A DNA stretch of 64,000 nucleotides, taken from positions 15,884-79,883 of the forward strand of contig JAHELW010000001.1 of the NCBI GenBank assembly GCA_024643985.1, given 5' to 3'. Source of the DNA: Myxococcales bacterium. GTDB taxonomy: Bacteria; Myxococcota_A; Polyangia; Polyangiales; Houyiibacteriaceae. Below are positions 61,733 to 64,000 of this stretch, one piece after another (position 1 is the first letter of the stretch; each line of letters opens with the position of its first letter). Both the position numbers and the translations under genes were made by a program. The notes under the pieces were generated by a model. That model did not search any database. It worked only from the letters and a program-made list of their open reading frames with translations, and was not told the DNA's origin.

Positions 61733-62809
61733 ATGGAGCTCACCCTCGCTGACATCGAGCGCCTCCCGAAGACGGACCTGCACGTCCACCTGGATGGGTC
61801 GCTGCGCCTTTCGACGATGCTCGAGCTCGCAGACCAGCAGGGGGTCGTCCTCCCGGCCGACAATCCCGAGGGCCTGGCCCGCGCGCTTCACTGCGGTGAG
61901 CACACCGGTTCGCTGGTCGAGTATCTCAAGGCCTTCGACACGACCCTCGAGGTCCTCCAAACCGAGGACGCCCTCTATCGGGTCGCCTACGAGCTTGCGG
62001 AGGATGCTGCCGAGGAAAACGTTCGATACATCGAGGTGCGCTATTCGCCCATGCTCCACACCCGGGGTGGTCTCCGGCTCACGACCGTGGTCGAGGCGGT
62101 GTTGGCAGGGCTGTGGGAGGCACAAAAGGACCACGGCATCGTCGCGAACGTGATCCTGTGCGGGATTCGCAACATCTCGCCCGAATCATCGGTCGAGATG
62201 GCCCAGCTCGCCGTCGCCTACAAGAACCGAGGCGTCGTCGGGTTCGATCTGGCCGGCGCCGAATACGACTATCCTGCCAAGCATCACGTCAAGGCCTTCA
62301 AGCTGGTGCACAACAACAACATCGCGGTCACGATCCACGCTGGCGAGGCCTACGGTCCTACATCCGTGCACCAGGCGATCCACGTTTGCGGCGCGCACCG
62401 AATTGGTCACGGCTGCCGGCTCAGAGAAGACGGCGACCTGCTCCACTACGTCAACGACCACCGGATCGCGCTCGAGTGCTGCCCGTCTTCCAACGTTCAG
62501 ACGGGGGCGGTCCGCGACCTCAGAACGCACCCTCTCAAGCTGTATCACGACCTCGGCCTCCGAGTGACCGTCAACACCGACAACCGCCTGATCACCGATA
62601 CTACGGTGTCACGGGAGCTGATGCTCTGTCACACGCACATGGGCCTCGACCGCGAGGACATCCACCGGATCATCATCAACGGCTTCAAGGCCGCGTTTCT
62701 GCCGTTTCACCAGAAGCAGACGATGGTTCGTGCCGTTTCTCGGGAGCTCTCCACCGCAGCACGGGATGCCGGGCAGCCTGGGTCTCGTCGAGCCGACGTA
62801 AACGCGTAA
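61733..62809 (+). CDS. add: adenosine deaminase
   Basis: DLHVHLDGS, TIHAGE, HRIGHG, TVNTDNRL metal/catalytic motifs. Confidence 0.92.
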   Translation: MELTLADIERLPKTDLHVHLDGSLRLSTMLELADQQGVVLPADNPEGLARALHCGEHTGSLVEYLKAFDTTLEVLQTEDALYRVAYELAEDAAEENVRYIEVRYSPMLHTRGGLRLTTVVEAVLAGLWEAQKDHGIVANVILCGIRNISPESSVEMAQLAVAYKNRGVVGFDLAGAEYDYPAKHHVKAFKLVHNNNIAVTIHAGEAYGPTSVHQAIHVCGAHRIGHGCRLREDGDLLHYVNDHRIALECCPSSNVQTGAVRDLRTHPLKLYHDLGLRVTVNTDNRLITDTTVSRELMLCHTHMGLDREDIHRIIINGFKAAFLPFHQKQTMVRAVSRELSTAARDAGQPGSRRADVNA

Positions 62810-64000
62810 TCCGCGGTGCCGCTCGAACGGAGTCGGGGTCGGCGGCCGCCTCGTCACTGATCGTCTTCATGGCGTCGACGAACTCGTCGAGAGTCTGCCG
62901 GCTCTCGGTTTCGGTCGGCTCGACCAGCATGGCTCCCTTCACCACCAGCGGGAAATACACGGTCGGCGGGTGAAACCCGTAGTCCATGAGCCGCTTGGCG
63001 ACGTCCATCGTCGTCACGCCGGCCTCCTTGAGGTGACGATCGCTGATCACGACCTCGTGCATGCACGTGGTGTCGTACGGAACGTGCCACGTTTCCCCGA
63101 GCCGAACGCGCAGGTAGTTCGCATTCAGGACCGCGAGCTCCGTGGCATGCTCGAGCCCTTCGGCTCCCATTTCGCGCAGGTACGTGTAGGCGCGAACCAT
63201 CATGCCGAAATTTCCTTGAAAGGACCGCAGCCGGCCCACCGACTGCGGACGGCTCTCGTAGTCGAGGACGAAGCGCCCGTCCCGTTGCTCGACCACCGGC
63301 ACGGGCGCGAACGGGTCGAGAATTGCTTTGTAGCCAACAGGCCCGCAGCCCGGACCTCCGCCGCCGTGCGGGGTCGTGAACGTTTTGTGCAGGTTGAACT
63401 GCATGACGTCGATGCCGAAGTCCCCGGGGCGCGCTTTGCCCATCAGCGCGTTGAGGTTCGCTCCGTCGCCGTACACCAAGCCGCCCTTTTCGTGCACGAG
63501 CTCCGCGATTTCGGCGATGTGCGTTTCGAAGAGGCCTACGGTGTTCGGGTTGGTGGCCATGATCGCCGCGACGTCGTCATCGACGAACGGTGCAATGTCG
63601 CTCGTCGTGACGATTCCACTGTCCCCAACGGGGAATGGCACGGCTTTGAGCCCATTCAGCGCGCACGACGCCGGGTTCGTGCCATGCGCGGTGTCGGGGA
63701 CCAACACTTTCTTCGGATCGCGGCCCTGCGCCTGGTGGTACGCGCGAATCATCATGAGACCTGTGAGCTCGCCTTGGGCGCCGGCCGCTGGATGCAGCGA
63801 AACGCGATCCATGCCGCACACCTCCGCAAGGCCTTGCTCCAGGCGCCACATCAGCTCCAGCGCGCCCTGCACGAGCTCGTCGGGCATGTATGGGTGCAGA
63901 TTCGCGAAGCCCGGAAGCCGCGCCGCCCACTCGTTGACCTTCGGGTTGTACTTCATCGTGCAGGACCCGAGCGGATACATCCCCGTGTCGATCGCGAAGT
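62685..64000 (-). CDS. gcvPB: glycine dehydrogenase (decarboxylating) subunit 2, C-terminal part (continues beyond right edge)
   Basis: LGSCTMKYNP, the PLP-lysine block FNLHKTFTTPHGGGGPG, and a C-terminal RRLDETQAAR..VLRW. The reading frame is open to the window end. Confidence 0.92.
   Translation of the reverse strand, partial: FAIDTGMYPLGSCTMKYNPKVNEWAARLPGFANLHPYMPDELVQGALELMWRLEQGLAEVCGMDRVSLHPAAGAQGELTGLMMIRAYHQAQGRDPKKVLVPDTAHGTNPASCALNGLKAVPFPVGDSGIVTTSDIAPFVDDDVAAIMATNPNTVGLFETHIAEIAELVHEKGGLVYGDGANLNALMGKARPGDFGIDVMQFNLHKTFTTPHGGGGPGCGPVGYKAILDPFAPVPVVEQRDGRFVLDYESRPQSVGRLRSFQGNFGMMVRAYTYLREMGAEGLEHATELAVLNANYLRVRLGETWHVPYDTTCMHEVVISDRHLKEAGVTTMDVAKRLMDYGFHPPTVYFPLVVKGAMLVEPTETESRQTLDEFVDAMKTISDEAAADPDSVRAAPRITRLRRLDETQAARHPVLRWRAPEKRHEPSSASGETAETRP

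Noticed and set aside
1-64000. tRNA, rRNA, CRISPR arrays, transposases, integrases, prophage or toxin-antitoxin modules
   Set aside because: None of the intergenic regions (all under 280 bp) shows tRNA-like cloverleaf candidates or regularly spaced repeats, and no ORF translation shows transposase, integrase or phage hallmarks.

Overview
The window is a gene-dense, high-GC bacterial chromosomal segment with about 58 protein-coding genes. I found no rRNA, tRNA, CRISPR array, transposase or integrase. A PEGA-domain Ser/Thr kinase, many eukaryote-type domains and the high GC suggest a Myxococcota-like organism, but that is inference only. All functional calls come from reading the supplied translations against family motifs recalled from memory; no searches were run.

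Housekeeping and metabolic content:
- proS fragment
- two beta-oxidation modules (3-hydroxyacyl-CoA dehydrogenase plus thiolase; fadA/fadB-like plus a FadL-type outer membrane channel)
- leucine catabolism split in two (TetR plus isovaleryl-CoA dehydrogenase at about 7 kb; methylcrotonyl-CoA carboxylase beta/alpha at about 46-49 kb)
- NHEJ pair ligD/ku, rsgA, cysD-cysNC, orn
- an RpoD-family sigma factor, amt plus a putative porin, add, and a gcvPB fragment

Candidates for undescribed biology:
1. A translationally coupled seven-gene string, 34.6-40.7 kb: Wza-like exporter, PPTase, short PPase-like protein, FemAB-like/DUF482, CNNM, MenA-like UbiA, unknown. It runs head-on into a second MenA-like UbiA paralog, which is followed by a pair of half-size ArsA/Get3-like ATPases.
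2. An orphan RNR-R2-like di-iron protein in an operon with a PaaE-type reductase and an embedded long MerR regulator, 49.2-52.6 kb.
3. A full-length SLC4/Band-3-type anion exchanger that includes its cytoplasmic EIIA-like domain.
4. An EXPERA/TMEM97-like membrane protein translationally coupled to an HSD17B12-like SDR.
5. A lipoprotein built from three follistatin-like/Kazal modules.

Sequence-level oddities:
- three copies of a GGGGTC(A/T)GACCCC terminator-like palindrome within 200 bp
- every convergent gene junction has 15 bp or less of spacer or overlaps, and three share palindromic TTAA/CTAG stop codons
- the APS-kinase domain of CysNC is degenerate
- several intergenic inverted or tandem repeats
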